A DNA stretch of 63,997 nucleotides, counting the filler, from Sanchytrium tribonematis (taxonomy: Eukaryota), in NCBI GenBank assembly GCA_018985235.1. It is 10 parts of 10 records of this genome, joined end to end, with 100 filler letters (N's around TTAATTAATTAA, not from the genome) between each part and the next. Parts side by side here need not be neighbours in the genome. Positions count along the whole stretch, not along the records: positions 1 to 24,857 come from JADGIG010000071.1; 9 more parts are not named here. One strand, given 5' to 3'. The position numbers were made by a program, and so were the translations under genes. Numbering within the stretch: the first letter of the stretch is position 1; every line of letters begins with the position of its first letter. This document shows positions 11,716 to 24,857 of this stretch, piece by piece. The notes beneath the pieces are model-generated. The model made no database searches. It was given only the letters and a program-made list of their open reading frames with translations, and was not told the DNA's origin.

Positions 11716-12258
11716 ATGTTCTTTCACCTGTTGATGCTTTCCAAATCGATCAATATCACCCATTTAACAACGAATGAATTAAAATGGTTCAAACATAATA
11801 AAAATATGCGATTATGGATCATATCCTCATTAAAAATGACAGCATCAATTTATGAAATGGAATTATTAAATCGACGACAAATGAAAGCACATGACATCAA
11901 TGAATTCCAACATGGCAATACGACATACAATCAACTAATAAATGACCATGTGAAATGGATTAAAACGTATGATGTGATTTTGAGACATCAAATGGATTTA
12001 AAAGGAATGGAAATAGAAATCAATGCATTTCAATTAAAATGGTATGTGGATCTAATGAAGACATGGGTGATGGATGATGTATTTATTGATGAATTGGAAT
12101 GGAAGAGATATTTGATGAAATCATTTATAATGGATATTCGATTGAATGGATTTATAGATGACATTGTGGGGATGTTGGGTGAATTGGGGAATGCTATGCA
12201 AGATCATGATGTGATTTGTTGTTTTAATGACATTGAAAAATCTCCTTTTTTGAAATGA
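11716..12258 (+). CDS. Hypothetical, probably secreted protein
   Basis: 180-aa ORF, CCCC before ATG, short hydrophobic N-terminus. Confidence 0.55.
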   Translation: MFFHLLMLSKSINITHLTTNELKWFKHNKNMRLWIISSLKMTASIYEMELLNRRQMKAHDINEFQHGNTTYNQLINDHVKWIKTYDVILRHQMDLKGMEIEINAFQLKWYVDLMKTWVMDDVFIDELEWKRYLMKSFIMDIRLNGFIDDIVGMLGELGNAMQDHDVICCFNDIEKSPFLK

Positions 12259-13738
12259 TTTTCATTTTACTTGTATTGGGTACATTATCAGATCAATTAG
12301 AATACATGATGCTCAATGGGCATCAACGAGTTAAAAAAGGATGCTTTACAAGATCAAAACAAATTTGGGGTTCTGATAAAGTGATTGATACGATTAATAA
12401 TAAGCAACTCACTGAAATTGAATGGAATACAGTGGTAGATTATGCATTGCATTTATATGTATGTGGTGATGTTAAATTATTCGATCATTTTAGATTAAAC
12501 ATACCACTCACTTTAGCTAAACAATTGGTGGCAATGAACTCGGAACATAAAATAGCCATGATTCATCATTATATAGGGAATGGGAAATTAGAAATTACAG
12601 AGGAATCTATTCAGGTGTTTATTGAATATGCAATGAATCCATTTCATCTGGAATTGTTTACAGAATTGAGAAATAAAGAACCTGTATTAGCTGCTAAATT
12701 GGCTGTAAAACTTGGAAATGTAAAAGCAATAATGGCATTATTAAATATTGCACAAAATAGCAATATTGATGTTCACATTCAAGACAATTTTCGATTGCTA
12801 AATGAAAATACAGAATTTAAAATTTTAGTGGATCTTCATCTCAACAAAGAACAATTGATAAATTATTATCATGTTTTACAAAACAATCATGGCAATCAAC
12901 ACTGCTTATTAGCAGAAGCCTATGCAGTACGCAATCCAAAATATTTTGAATTTGCAAATAAAGAGGGTGTGAATTGCGACATTGTGGGACTAGATGCCCA
13001 TCAGATCAAATTGGCATTGGTGATGGGTGCAACCCAGAACATTGCAGCAATACTGGCTAGTAAATATGAAGCTGGTATGCTTTTAGAGACATTTAATCAA
13101 AATGGCATTTTCGACAATCTTCCACATGGAATAGCAGATCAATATACTACTTGTTTATGGGATTTGATTGAGAAAATTACCAATGAAGAAGAACTGACTC
13201 AATTACTAAAAATATTCTATTTTTATGACAATTGTAAATTGTTTCAAAAATTATTGCAAAAATTGAATAACCATCTCCAATATCTTTCAATGTTAAATTT
13301 GGCCTACAAACTCATAAGACTCAAATGCAATGTTCTGATACTTTTGCAGATTATTATACAAATCATCCGTTGCCATTAAATTTGGATTTATTAAAATTAT
13401 TTTATCACACGGATCTTTCACAGAATAACTTTAAAGATGTGGTGGTTGCTAAGGAGATGGCCTGCAAAATTATATTTCCAAATGTTTGCGCAACTGTTTC
13501 TGCTATCCGTGAAATGGAAGCATCTCGTCTATTCTATTGGATGTATGATTTTGTAACTCAGCGAGACACGGAAATATATGGACAATTAAATTTAGTGACA
13601 AGACATTTGACATATGCTCTATATCTCAAATTAAATCAACCATCTGATTTTGATAAGGAATGTTTGAAAAATCGTAATTTTGGATTTTTAACAAAAGAAT
13701 CTTTTTTGAAAATGATCAAAATTGAAATCATTGAATAA
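12255..13738 (+). pseudogene. Helical secreted family copy 1 (about 490 aa), 1-nt frameshift near 13295
   Basis: Two ORFs together align along their length with the intact 15468 protein; the shifted frame restores KFGLQTHKTQMQC. Confidence 0.7.
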
Positions 13739-13884
13739 ATTGTGCAATGTTAAACTGTTATTTGACTCATCGGTGTCTGGTTGGTACCATGTTTGTCACA
13801 TGCTGCAGATGTCGTCATTGATTGCGACATAATTGACGTGATTTGCCATTTTAATAGAAATGCACTATCCTCCTTGTTTTGCGA

Positions 13885-15341
13885 ATGATTTTGGTGTTAC
13901 TTATATTGGGTTCATTAGTAAGGCAATTGAATTCCATAATGGCAACGAATTATAATAAAGGATGTCTTCTTTTGAAAAGAAAAGCATTGAAATCTCAAGA
14001 ATTGAAGGCAAAAAATTATCGAAAGAAGAATTGAGGGTTGTAGCAAATTATGCATTGTATCTATGTGAATGTGGAGATTTTGATTTCTTCGACTATTTGA
14101 AAGTACATAAACCTGTCTCTTTATCTTCTGAATTGATAGATTTTGATTCGGAAAACAAAATCAACCTTTTACGTTTGTTTATCGGGGAGGGAAAAACAGA
14201 ATTAAATAAAGACATGATGGCCAATTTGATCAAGTCCGCAATGAATCCATTTCATCTGGAATTATTTACGGAATTGAGAAATAAAGAACCTGTATTAGCT
14301 GCTAAACTGGCGGTTGAAAAAAAAGACGAAGAAATCATAGCTGCATTGTTGGATATTGCTATAAAGAACAGCATCGATGTGTATCTTCAAAATTATTTTA
14401 AATTATTATGGCACTCTGGGAATTCAATGATTTTGATACATGCTCAATTGGATGTAAGATTATTAAAAACGTATCTAGAAATCTTGAAAAACATAGGTGG
14501 TCGCAAGCATTGCAAGTTATTAGAAGCCTATGCAATTTTGAATCCAAATTATTTTGAATTTGACAAAAAAGCGGATCTCGAAGAATGTCAAATAAAGGGT
14601 CTCTACACCCATCAAACCAAATTAGCACTTATTGTAGGAGCAAGCGATATAACCATGGATATACTGGTGGAAGAGTATGAAAATGGGATACTGCAGGGGG
14701 ATTTTGATGACCCTGGCTATTTTAAAGGTTATAAACATAAAATAACAGATCAGTGTGTTAGCACTGTCGAGAAATTATTTGAAAAAGTCACTTTAAGAGA
14801 GGAAATCAAACAAATGCTACTAGTTTTCTATGATTTTGAGAATTGCGAATTGTTTCAAAAATTATTGGATAAAAATGAAGGTTTTATACTAGAAATACTA
14901 AAATACGGATTGGAACTGCATAAATCCAAACTGCACTGCTCAAATAGCTTTAAAAACTATTACTCTCAAAATGCATTGCCATTAGATTTAGTACTATTGC
15001 AATTATTTTTACATACGGATAAATCCGTCAAAGTGTATCCAAAATTAAAAATTTTAATGAGTTTGTTCCACTCTATTGTAGGGCCTAATATCTGTGAGAG
15101 TATTGCATCAATTAATCAACAAACAGCAACGGAATTATACAACTGGATGTACAGATTCGTATTAGAACGAACAGATTATTATTCAGTATTTCTTGGAACT
15201 GTTAGACATTTGACATTTGCACTTCATCTTAAACTCAATCATCATGCTACTTATGATGTAGAATGTATGAAATTCTACCATTTTGCATCTTGGTCCAAAC
15301 AAGTATTTTTAAATCAAATTGGTGTAGAGATTAAACAATAA
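13885..15341 (+). pseudogene. Helical secreted family copy 2; signal peptide out of frame (break near 14000)
   Basis: MILVLLILGSLVRQL at 13885 matches the copy 1 start; main ORF 13962-15341 is in another frame. Confidence 0.65.
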
Positions 15342-15467
15342 AAGATTGTTTGAAATATTCGCAATACCTTGACATTTTAATTGGTTCTCTAGAATTCACG
15401 TGCCTCCGTATGATGCAATTTGACGTCATTGTGATCTTTTAAAAATCTCTCTTTCCCCCAATTTGAA

Positions 15468-16946
15468 ATGCTTTTGACATGGCTCGTACTGGCTATTAAA
15501 ATCAAGGACTTGGAGGGAATGATGTTAAATGGGAAATATCAAAAAAAGTGGATGATGTGCTTTCAATCATCTAAACCTGCTTGGACTTCTTTACAAGTCA
15601 AAGAATGGATTGGTGTTAAACAATTTTCAGATGCAGATGGTGAGATTCTCTCTGACTATGCCATTTTAAGAAAGGTGTGTAAAAATGAAAGTGAATTATT
15701 CAATCACATGGTTACTTTGAGACCCAAGTTGTTGTTGGAAAGAATTATCGCCTCAAAATCAATTGAATTAAGTCAAAAAACCAACCTTGTTGCTGACTTT
15801 CGCGCATCATGCAAGATTATGCATGACGATTGGCTTGATTTGATGTTGCAATTTTCAGTGAAATCATCAATTAAGGATTTGTTTGTAACATTAAGAAATG
15901 AAGTACCCGAATTGGCTGCTAGACATGCTGTCAACTATGGATCATCAGATGTGATCATTTGGTTATTGGAAATTGCCAAAAACAGCCACATAGATGTCCA
16001 TATTCAAAATTATTTCCGACTTTTGTTTACAAATACAAAATCTAAAATTTTAGTTGATTTTCATATTGATATATCTATGTATTACTCTATTCTGAAATCT
16101 CTTGATGGAAATGAGCATTGTAAATTACTAGAGGCGTATGCAGTGCGAAATCCAAACTTTTTTAATTTTGCAAAAGAGGAAGATATAACAGATTGTAAGA
16201 TCACGGGACTATATCCACATCAAACCAGACTAGCACTTGTTTTAGGAGCTACTGAAAACACCGTGGAAAAATTAGTGAGCAACTTTAAAGTGGAGAATTT
16301 ACAGGGTTTAAATGAGAGATATATTTTGTCAAATTTACGACATGGTGCAGCAGATCAATTCGAATCTAATTTGTATCCATTGATTGAACGAGTGAAATCT
16401 AATGAAGGTATTAAAAACACATTGAAGTTGTTTTATGATTTTGAAAATTGTAATTTGTTGGATTATCAATTACGAGCACATTCAAGGTTTTATTTGACAA
16501 TTTTGAAATATGGATTAAGAAATGGTGCAACTAGATTAAATTGTGTGCAAATATTTGCGACTTATTATGCTTCTGAAATTTTGACATTGGATTTAGATAC
16601 ATTGAAAACATTTTATTTTACAGATCCAACAAAGGCAAATTACGTTGATGGAGTCGCTGCTAGAGAACCCATTGTGAGTATAATGAGTACAAGAGTTTGT
16701 GATTTTGTAAATAGTCTTGAGCTTGAAACAGCAAAAGTATCATTTGAATGGCTATTAGGATTCTATAAACATCGAGCTGTGGATAATTATGAATTGTATC
16801 AGACCACCACAAGGCATTTGGTATATGCGTTTTATTTAAAAGCCAACAGAGAAATGGAGTTTATGAAGAAATGCCAAAATACTGCGAATTATGCATCACA
16901 GACAAAAGAAAAAATGTTGAATCTGTTCAGTGGCTCTTCAAACTAA
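15468..16946 (+). CDS. Helical secreted family copy 3, intact, unknown function
   Basis: 492 aa; shared motifs IDVHIQNYF, HCKLLEAYA.RNP, FYDFENC, RHL.YA..LK.N. Confidence 0.75.
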   Translation: MLLTWLVLAIKIKDLEGMMLNGKYQKKWMMCFQSSKPAWTSLQVKEWIGVKQFSDADGEILSDYAILRKVCKNESELFNHMVTLRPKLLLERIIASKSIELSQKTNLVADFRASCKIMHDDWLDLMLQFSVKSSIKDLFVTLRNEVPELAARHAVNYGSSDVIIWLLEIAKNSHIDVHIQNYFRLLFTNTKSKILVDFHIDISMYYSILKSLDGNEHCKLLEAYAVRNPNFFNFAKEEDITDCKITGLYPHQTRLALVLGATENTVEKLVSNFKVENLQGLNERYILSNLRHGAADQFESNLYPLIERVKSNEGIKNTLKLFYDFENCNLLDYQLRAHSRFYLTILKYGLRNGATRLNCVQIFATYYASEILTLDLDTLKTFYFTDPTKANYVDGVAAREPIVSIMSTRVCDFVNSLELETAKVSFEWLLGFYKHRAVDNYELYQTTTRHLVYAFYLKANREMEFMKKCQNTANYASQTKEKMLNLFSGSSN

Positions 16947-17064
16947 CTGTAGTTTCCAATCGAAATAAAAAATGATCAAAATATCCAAAAATCTTGGAAA
17001 CACGTTTTTTCAACCAATCAAATTTAATTTCAACTTCAAACTCGATATTTCCCCCAAACCCAAA

Positions 17065-18362
17065 ATGCAGCAAGAAGCAGAGTATATTCGTCAACATATC
17101 CCATCTCCATATATCCCACTCATATTTAAAATCAAATCTGATTTAGGATTGACTATATTGGAAATTCCAGATATCAAAATCCCATTTTTAAGTGCATCTG
17201 AATCTAAGCAATTGGTAATCCAACAAACACTCTCATTAGAAAGCAAATTACAAATATTAAGTAAAACCAACCAAAAACAATGGAAATATATTATAAATGA
17301 GCTAGAAATGCAAATATTGCAGCATAATGAATTAACAAAACATAAAATAAAAGAATTGGTACAGGGACAAGTTCAACCCACTGGATCATTTATACAAAGC
17401 ATCTATAATTTTGCATTAGGCAGTATCGGTGGCGCTATTGGTGCATTTTCTATTTATCCAATTGACTTGGTAAAAACTCGAATGCAAAATCAAAGAAATG
17501 TAGTTGGTGAAGTCATGTACAAGAATAGTTGGGATTGTTTTAATAAAGTATTCAAAAGGGAAGGATTACGCGGATTATATGGTGGATTAGCACCTCAAAT
17601 GGTGGGCGTGGCACCTGAAAAAGCCATAAAATTAACTAGCAATGAATTTGTGAGATCATTTTGGGATGAAGAAGATATTCCACTATGGGGTGAAGTATTA
17701 GCTGGCTGCATAGCTGGTGGATCACAAGTTATCTTCACTAATCCATTGGAAATTGTCAAAATTCGATTGCAACTTCAAGGAGAATTGGGATTAAAATCAA
17801 ATGCTGTGGAAATTATTAAGCATTTGGGTTTAGTTGGATTATACAAGGGTGCTGGGGCATGTTTATTGCGTGATATTCCATTTAGTGGCATCTATTTTAC
17901 TGCATATAATCATTTTAAAAAGGATCTCTTTCATGAAGAAGCAAAAGGCAAATTACCCATTTCTGAGTTGCTAATGAGTGGCGCCGTAATTTCATATTGA
18001 CTTAGTTGGCTGGGATGCCATCTGCATACTTGACAACCCCCGCAGATGTCATAAAAACGAGATTGCAAGTGGAAGCACGAAAGGGACATACTTCCTACAC
18101 GGGGATCATTCACTGCTTCAAGACCATTTTAAAAGAAGAAGGCTATCGTGCATTGTTTAAAGGCGGTGCTGCTAGAGTATTTAGATCCAGTCCGCAATTT
18201 GGAGTGACTTTGGCGAGTTATGAATTATTAAAAAGAAGTTTCCCACTCCCATCTAATCATAAACCGACTCAATATACAGAAGATATGATGCTCAAAAGAA
18301 TGGAGAGAGCATCTAAGATATTAAGTGAAATGAAATATAAATATGGTGTGCCTAATAAATAA
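17065..18362 (+). CDS. AGC1: Mitochondrial aspartate/glutamate carrier (Agc1/SLC25A12-13 type), two exons
   Basis: [44 protein letters not shown]; intron 17986-18005; start chosen at CCC-preceded ATG 17065. Confidence 0.9.
17986..18005 (+). other. 20-nt spliceosomal intron GTAATTTCATATTGACTTAG
   Basis: Removal restores the conserved carrier sequence [15 protein letters not shown]. Confidence 0.92.
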
Positions 18363-18379
18363 TTTGAAATTTATTTATT

Positions 18380-19513
18380 TTATTCCTTTTTCAATTGAAG
18401 TGGCGCATTTAATTCAATTAATTTTAATGCTGGCCACTTTCCATCTCTAAATGGACATTGTAAATCCTTCAAAACATCATTTGCAACTGTTTTAGAGCAT
18501 TGTTTGACACTGCAGCCAATCCACTCAAATCTCTCCACCAATTTGGGAATGGTAAAGTGCAAATCTTGCAATAATGCACTAATTTCCATATTCACACCAT
18601 CTTCATTTAGAATACTTGGCATATTCAATAAAACACACTGAAATCCCTCTAAAGAAATTACTAAAATCATGATAAAATTCAATAGTTTAGATTTCATTGG
18701 CAATGTCAATAATTGCTTCATTTTGGAGTATTCATCTGTTGTAGATTCAGTAAATTGAGACTGCAAATATTCTGCCATTTCACCAGAAACATTTAAAAGT
18801 CGTTTTAATTGGATGATATTCATATTGGTTCTACTGCTTTGTTTGTAGAGTTTAATGAGAATATCAATAACCAATAGCCATCTAATATGTTCTGGATTAT
18901 TATTATGGGCCTGACTGGCACGAATGATGCGTTGTTTTGCAAATTGAGTCAAATGGTTGATATTTTGTTTGATGGATAATGGATCATGAAATAGGTCTAA
19001 AATGAATTTAATGTTGATTGTATTCAATATATTTAGTGGTAGGAGGTTGGAGAATGGATAAATGCTCTCTTTATTTAGCGTATTTGGATCAAAAATGGGC
19101 AATAAATTATGAAATGAATTTGTAGTGGTAGATTCTACTGGGATAGGTTGAGATTGCATCACTTGTGATAATGCATCTAAAGTGCCTTGTTGCACTGCAC
19201 TTTTATCCATTTGATTTAATAATGATTTGGTCTTTCTAGTTCCAAAATCAGTTCCGAGTTGCTTTTTAGATTTATAATATTCAATTTGTTGTTCCTGTTG
19301 ACGTGGCTGTAGATTATAGTTGATTTTACCATGGATAAATGGAATAGGTGTCCATTTGTTGTCTACAACATGAAAATATCGATCATTTGCATTCGAATGA
19401 CCTGTAAATTCAATATTGTCATAATTCGCAGTGATTTGAACTGTGTCATCATTGATTTGGATGTCTGGTTTGGTTTGTTTAAAGAGATTATGTGAAAAGT
19501 CACCTACCAACAT
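18380..19513 (-). CDS. RPA49: RNA polymerase I subunit A49-like
   Basis: LGTDFGTRKTK and LLPIFD..ESIYPFSNLLP motifs. Confidence 0.75.
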   Translation of the reverse strand: MLVGDFSHNLFKQTKPDIQINDDTVQITANYDNIEFTGHSNANDRYFHVVDNKWTPIPFIHGKINYNLQPRQQEQQIEYYKSKKQLGTDFGTRKTKSLLNQMDKSAVQQGTLDALSQVMQSQPIPVESTTTNSFHNLLPIFDPNTLNKESIYPFSNLLPLNILNTINIKFILDLFHDPLSIKQNINHLTQFAKQRIIRASQAHNNNPEHIRWLLVIDILIKLYKQSSRTNMNIIQLKRLLNVSGEMAEYLQSQFTESTTDEYSKMKQLLTLPMKSKLLNFIMILVISLEGFQCVLLNMPSILNEDGVNMEISALLQDLHFTIPKLVERFEWIGCSVKQCSKTVANDVLKDLQCPFRDGKWPALKLIELNAPLQLKKE

Positions 19514-21518
19514 CTTTTTGTATCTCCGGTTTGATCCCTTTCAAAATCATTTATTTCAAATCTATTTATTTTTTAAGCAACTTTGGAGATGCAGGATGTG
19601 TATATGTTTCCACGAATCTGTATTTCATTTAACCCTTTTCAATGGCTAGGACTATCGTCTATTTTGATAATGTTTCTAATTTATGAATTTTGTTAAACAA
19701 TATTACATGTTGTAAATTATAGAAATAATAATATTATTTTTTATTATCGATGTATTTGTGATCAGATCCACCATAAACCTGGAATCTCATCCTTTTTAAA
19801 AAGAGTAATTTAAGGACAAATTTATTAATAAAGCAAAAACCCAAGGCTGTATGTTCGATTTTCATTAAAGAACCTCCTTTATATACATATTTTTGTGGAA
19901 TAAAAAGTAAGCACTTCATTTAAATAATATTTATCCCAGCTAAAAGACTGATTATGGAGAGCAATTAAAGAAGAAGTACGAGATTTTTTTTAAATTATAT
20001 TATTAATAATAGGGCAACAAGTGCAGCAGTAATTAGTAAATAATTGAGATTTGGCAAACAGGCTAACATTGCAGAAATGCAATTTGTCTACTGCGTCCAG
20101 AACACTAACCTGACGTGATTCATGCACAGGAAAGGGTGGGCAGCCAAAACAATACAAACCACTCACGGTAATCTTCAATTCCCAGTGTCTTACTGATTCC
20201 TGCCTTTTCGAAAATAAATTATTTGTGCTACGTTTTAACGTACTGTGTTTATAAGTTCAATAAAGAGTTCAAAAGCATAACCGCATGCATTTTGATTAAA
20301 AACTCAAATGAACAAAGAAGCAAATATCGGAAACATCGAGTCAAAATGATCCCCCATATTAATAAACATTAGTGAGGATCTTACACAGCTTTAATTTCTA
20401 AAAGACAGTTATGGACATTCCCCTTCCACAAAATTGTCTTTGTAACAACCTGAAGCTGTAGAGTATGTATTTAGTCTCAAACCTCTTCGCTTTTTCAATT
20501 TTAATATGGTACACTGAAAAAGGGTCAACTTGGTTGCTTGGAAATGCTTCTTTCTTCTTAGCTTTTAAATCAGAATGTAATTTTTGAATGTAGAAACCAA
20601 TTGTGTGTAAATTGGCTTTTTTAATTCATCAATCTTTGATAAAAAGGCATTTTCTAATTTGATCAATGCATTATATTATGACGTAAGAAGATTTGGATTT
20701 GCATAACGCGAAATCTAAAATTTTAAAAAATCCACAAAAAATAAATGATACTATTGAAAGGTAGATAAAGAACTAAGTGACTACGGAAGCCGATTTAATG
20801 CACAAAAAAAGTCATGCAACTACAATAATTTTCAATCAAGGGAATTAAACCGTTTTTTTGTTGAAAACGTAGAGAAATTAAGGGTCTATTCAAATTTATC
20901 AAAATCCACATGAGAGGAATTGGAAGTGAAATAATACAGTTGAAAAAGATGATCACAGCGCAAAAAAAGAAAGGACCTTATACATATACATTATTTGCTT
21001 CATTTAAATTCAGGCCGAAATTTAATATTGATTGATTCATTTCCAGTAAGATGAGTTGACTGATGTGGTTGGGGTTTATGGCTCCTAGGATGAACACGCA
21101 GACCGAATGCCCGGGGTTCAGCCTGTTAATGGGAAAAGCTGCTTCGGTTACTACACAACCCTTTGATACATAAAAATGTAAAAAGTACAAAAATAACTAA
21201 ATATAATGTTTCACCTCAGTTTTTTACACTCTCAAGTCACAAATAAAGATCGACATTGTCATTAAGAAGGTGGCTTGTGTCGAGGTCAAATGTGTAAATC
21301 GCTATTATACAAAAGTTAATTAGTAAACTAGGCATAATTTTTGCTTATGTTCGTGTAAATAACAAATTTAGCAAATTCAACTGAATTTCTTGCTTTTTGA
21401 CACTTTCAATTTATATTTCAGGTATTGTTGGATACTTACTATAATTTTCTTTAGATATTATAGTTGGTCTTTTGTGGCAGAAATAACAATTTCATGAAAA
21501 TGATGATCATATTTAGGT

Positions 21519-21930
21519 TCAAATCGCTTTTGTTAGTGATGTTTTTCCGAAAATTTGTTGAATATGGAATTTAGTTTTCAATTGGACTGTATAAGACGCA
21601 TTTGCTTTAGAGCGGCTTTTTGTTCGAATAGAGAGGAATTGCGAAGTCCTTGCTATCTTTGGTTCATTTGGATTTTTAATTGAAAGTCCATGATCTAAAA
21701 TGGGCACCAAAAATGTCCGAAACATCTTTAATTTAGTGTCAATAGGTAAACCGTTATGAAATTAGCCAAATTCATATGCAATAGACATTACTTGCCCGAA
21801 TTTTTGATATTTTTCATTAAGAAATTCTGTGTAATTAATACCAAAAGTATCAAAGTTAATGCCAACTAGTCACTGTGCGTTGTTAGTCTTTCCAATTGGT
21901 ATGTCGTAGTCAAGTATATAAGTGCAATTT
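21519..21930 (-). mobile_element. Possible degraded non-LTR retrotransposon RT C-terminal remnant
   Basis: FRTFLVPILDHG resembles the YK.F.RP.LEYG motif after LINE RT; many stops. Confidence 0.3.
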
Positions 21931-22383
21931 TTTTGTTGTAAATGTTGAGAAGGTTTTTGAAAATAATTTTTTCATTTTTGGTATCTAAATAGCCCTGTCA
22001 AAATGGTTTGAAGATAATCTCATTTTTATGTTCTACTAAAGGGGCATTTTAAAAGGAATGTAGAAGATTTATGCGTGTGTTGTCGTTAAGGGAAAAGAAT
22101 TCTTGTACGAAACAAAATATGGTTCGACAATGCACAGGATAATAGATTAATAAGAGTAATTAGCAATAGTAAAAAGCATTTAGTCGATGGGGTACCTTAT
22201 CAAGATTTATGTCAGTTTAGTTATATTGCATTAAGACTTGCACTTTTGATTTATAATGAAAACACCACATAATTGAATTAGAAGATCCACTTTACTCAGG
22301 ACAATTTTCATCTTTTCTTTGACCACTTAAATATTTCTCAAAATATCTTTGGATTTGGAAGAGCTGAATGACCAACGCTTAAA

Positions 22384-22899
22384 ATGGCCCAACAATCTTT
22401 GAGATGTAGATGGATTTACTATGCTAGTTTTGGCGACTATTTATGCAAAGGATTCTATCAAGAAAGCGAAAATAATTGGATTGTGCTGTATAAAAAGACA
22501 TCATTTTTGATTTCACTAATAGATGATAAATATGGGTGTTCATGCCATTATAACATCACCCATCGTATGCCCTGTATACATTTGATATATTTAAATGAAA
22601 ATGCACTCACTTCCAATCTTATTCCGCACTTCATTCCTCATTTTTGGTTTGCAATGAAACGGTCTAATGAAAATTGCAAATTACAAACATTTGGCAGAGA
22701 TATTTATGGATTCGGGATTGAAATGGCGTTAGATATATTGGATATTAATTCAAATGATATAGATTATAACACGAGAGATAGAATGGAATCTATTAAACGA
22801 GAAATTGAGCAATATTTCCTCAGTCGTGATGATTTAGGCAATAATAGACTAGTAAAGTGGATGGAGAGATGCTTGGATTCAATAAAATCAGTCAAATAA
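22384..22899 (+). mobile_element. SWIM zinc-finger ORF, probable Mutator-like transposase remnant
   Basis: CSC-x7-MPCIH then IPHFW, inside a gene-free degenerate region. Confidence 0.6.
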
Positions 22900-23969
22900 C
22901 TGCAATCTAATGCATTTAAGAGATGTTGACTTTAGTTTCGAGGAGATTCTCCTTCAAAGTATTTATTAAATATTTTTTGTGGATCGTAGTTGGACAGCTG
23001 GTTTGTTAAAATTAACATATTTGAAGCATCATAATTGATCAAACATAACATAGGTTTTCGTTGGCTTTCTCTCTTATAAAATAGTAATTATTCTTAGTTG
23101 TTTCTTTTCACTTATGATTCACTAAATAAGTAACCTAATGGAATTATAAGCAGCTTGATGTAAGTTTAAAATAACAATGACAAGAAATTAGTTTTAACTG
23201 CGTAAACTCGAATAAATATTGAGCGAAAAAGTATTGAAAGTATGTGTATTTATTGCTGAGTTCTGAGTGCACTAGATAGTCGACTTATTGAGAATAAATA
23301 TCTTTAAAAAATCACCGAATTTCAGAATTTTATTTATTAAATTTGTCCTACCCAAATGTAATATTTATTGTTCGAGTACCTGTTTTTAAATGATATTTGA
23401 ACAAATAATGTTGTTCATGAGGCTTTTTGGGCAACAAATAGTAAAAATTGCTCTTATTAATAAATTATATTCTAACCATACTTAAATAAAGTTCTCTTAT
23501 ATATTTACAGGGAAACAACATGAATGTCAGCAATTAATGAAGAATCAAAATGTCAATCTCTCAAAATGTTCATGATTGGTATCAGAGAAACGAAATTTGT
23601 ATGATGGTAATGAAACTGATACATGTTTTGCTTAAATTCTAAATCATTAATGATAGATTTGAATGTAAAAAATATGTTCTAGAGTAAAAATCTTATTGCA
23701 AGATGGAGACGCAATATCATTTGATCTCGCAACCATGTGATAATTTATGATGTCATCAGTGTCAAGCAAGAATCTTTATAATTTGGATAATTTGGTAGGA
23801 AGTAGTGGGTTGGTTTCCAATATATCAAGTAGTGAGTCTTACAAAAGTGACTGGACGTCTGGAATAGATGCTGAAGTGATTACTCATGATGAAATCTATG
23901 GAAATCTTTGAGAATGGGGGAGTTACAAAAATTAATTCATTTTGGCAAACAATTAGTTAATAAAAATAT

Positions 23970-24310
23970 GGAAATGATCAGTGCTGTTGTGTTAAAGCAT
24001 GCGGATGTATTCCAGATTCAGCATCGTTTAATGTAGATGAAAGCAAATTTAAATCTCCTTATATTTATAAGCTTCCAAAAACTCATGAAGAAGCAGCGAT
24101 AAAACAATTAGTTAAAATGGAGGGTTTTGGAATTTTAGATAATTCTGATTACCATATTGCTCAACCAATTTTACTTGTACCAAAGCCAAATGCCGTATCT
24201 CAACTGGAATGGCGATTATGTGCAGACCTTAAATCAATGAATAAGGCATTACGTTTTCCAAACCATCCGATGAAGGATATGCATAATTTATTACGCCGTA
24301 TTACTGGACG
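23970..24310 (+). mobile_element. Ty3/Gypsy reverse transcriptase N-terminal fragment
   Basis: PYIYKLP..PILLVPKP..WRLCADLKSMNK..HPM; truncated where the LINE fragment begins. Confidence 0.7.
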
Positions 24311-24857
24311 AGTCTAAGTCATTCACAATTTGACCATCTTTGTAGGTCGTAACAGGTAGAATTTTAGCTGCACCATTTAATGCTATAGTATATACACTAT
24401 TCCATATTTCTTCCACTGTGAGATTATCAAAATTGGCATGGATTTGACCAAATTTATTTTGATAGTAACTTTGTAATTTGGTTCGCAAATCATAGTCATT
24501 TAAATGATGTTCCAGTGAATATTTCGAAGAATGGATATTGGAGAATCAAGTGATATTGAAAAGAGAATGGGAAAATGATCAGATGAGGTCAATTCATTCT
24601 CCAAAACCGAAATTGCACTAATTTGATGGGATGCGCTCGAGTGACTCCATACCTGGTCCAATACATTGCTTGAGTTGACCATTGTTGATTGAAGAGGTGT
24701 ATTTCGTGGATAGTATGATTTTTGGCCCATTTTGATTTCAAAATCTCGACCATGGTTTTCATGTCCAGTATGCAAGCTGAGGCACTTTTTGTTAGTGTCC
24801 CCAATTAGTAAAGATTTATTAGAGATGGCAGTATGCATTTCATTATAAATTACATTC
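24311..24857 (-). mobile_element. Non-LTR retrotransposon APE endonuclease fragment
   Basis: LLIGDTN, VLDQVW and SDHFPI motifs; stops downstream; runs to the contig end. Confidence 0.7.

Noticed and set aside
21078..21101. U6 snRNA-like stretch ATGGCTCCTAGGATGAACACGCA
   Set aside because: No ACAGAGA box or AGC triad upstream; an Infernal search would settle it
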